The translations under genes and the position numbers were made by a program. A stretch of 64,000 nt of DNA from Phycisphaerae bacterium (GTDB lineage: Bacteria > Planctomycetota > Phycisphaerae > SM23-33), in the NCBI GenBank assembly GCA_009783465.1, contig WRDM01000011.1:2911-66910 (forward strand), in the 5' to 3' direction. Under the pieces are notes generated by a model. That model made no database searches. It was given only the letters and a program-made list of their open reading frames with translations, and had not been told where the DNA came from. Below, in pieces: positions 63,678 through 64,000 of this stretch. The number at the start of each line of letters is the position of its first letter. The first letter of the stretch is position 1.

Positions 63678-64000
63678 GGTTGTCCCTCGGAACATCATAG
63701 CGCAAGGCGAAGGTTGGCGCAGAGGCACCTTGCTTCGCTCTCCAAGCCCAGGCAGGGGGCTACCCAAGGCGCCCCGGGGCTTGGGGCGTCCAGTCTGTTG
63801 GACGATCCAACCAGACGGCAGACGCGGCCCGTTCCATCACCGTTCGAAGCCGTGCCAGAAAATTTGAGCACCCCGCGCGGAAAAAATTGCGGATTTTTTT
63901 CTTGCTATTGTGTGCAAAAAACGAAGAATGGGCCGCTAATCTGCTTCGCCGGATTGGCCGATGAACTCAGTGCATGTCGAAGTGCTGGCTTGCGGCGGAC

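Noticed and set aside
63961-64000. Possible start of a plus-strand gene at the window edge (ATG 63961, MNSVHVEVLACGG...).
   Set aside because: Only 13 codons are visible, there is no convincing RBS, and nothing identifies the product.

Overview
This is a GC-rich bacterial chromosomal segment. I recognised no rRNA, tRNA, CRISPR array, transposase or phage gene. I call 36 protein-coding genes.

Housekeeping genes are hypE (partial), mnmG, a mutS2-like gene, bioB, uppP, pgpA, pgsA, gpmI and fusA. The envelope and secretion content (an RTX/calpain protein with an EALEPRLLLS leader, a PEP-CTERM protein, very large secreted proteins, an HDOD kinase) suggests a Planctomycetota-like organism. That assignment is inference only.

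Two things stand out:

1. **Giant secretin operon (15.7-34.4 kb).** This is a type II secretion / type IV pilus-like operon. It encodes a GspE/PilB ATPase, a GspG-type pseudopilin, a fused PilM-PilN (GspL-like) protein and a PilO/GspM-like protein with a PilP/GspC-like tail. It ends in one 11,946-nt gene for a 3,981-aa secretin. That protein has an N0-like domain, about 40 consecutive divergent secretin N-domain (ring-building) repeats, and a single C-terminal secretin pore domain.

2. **Dense hairpin repeats.** By my coordinates about 3.9 kb (about 6 percent) of the window is nested hairpin repeats. Their arms are tandem 7-8 nt units (cctacag, gccacaa/gccacta, gacaagt, gaaatcc, cctaacag, gttaacga). 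They fall into several families with conserved cores, and nearly all begin just after a stop codon. A separate palindromic element family sits in frame inside mutS2 and an ABC permease, in the same reading frame in both (...GTHNAGE[MT]PASRC). Another sits in frame inside mnmG. This resembles Rickettsia palindromic elements.

Other notable items:
- An ABC permease fused in frame to an NHL-repeat protein that keeps its own lipoprotein signal peptide.
- A MutS2-like protein with no Smr domain and a triplicated C-terminal module.
- A bacterial calpain-like protease with RTX repeats.
- An inhibitory-type serpin.
- A disulfide-reductase homolog lacking one redox cysteine.
- An AT-rich island upstream of flgM.

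The many long ORFs antisense to real genes are GC-driven shadow ORFs and are rejected.
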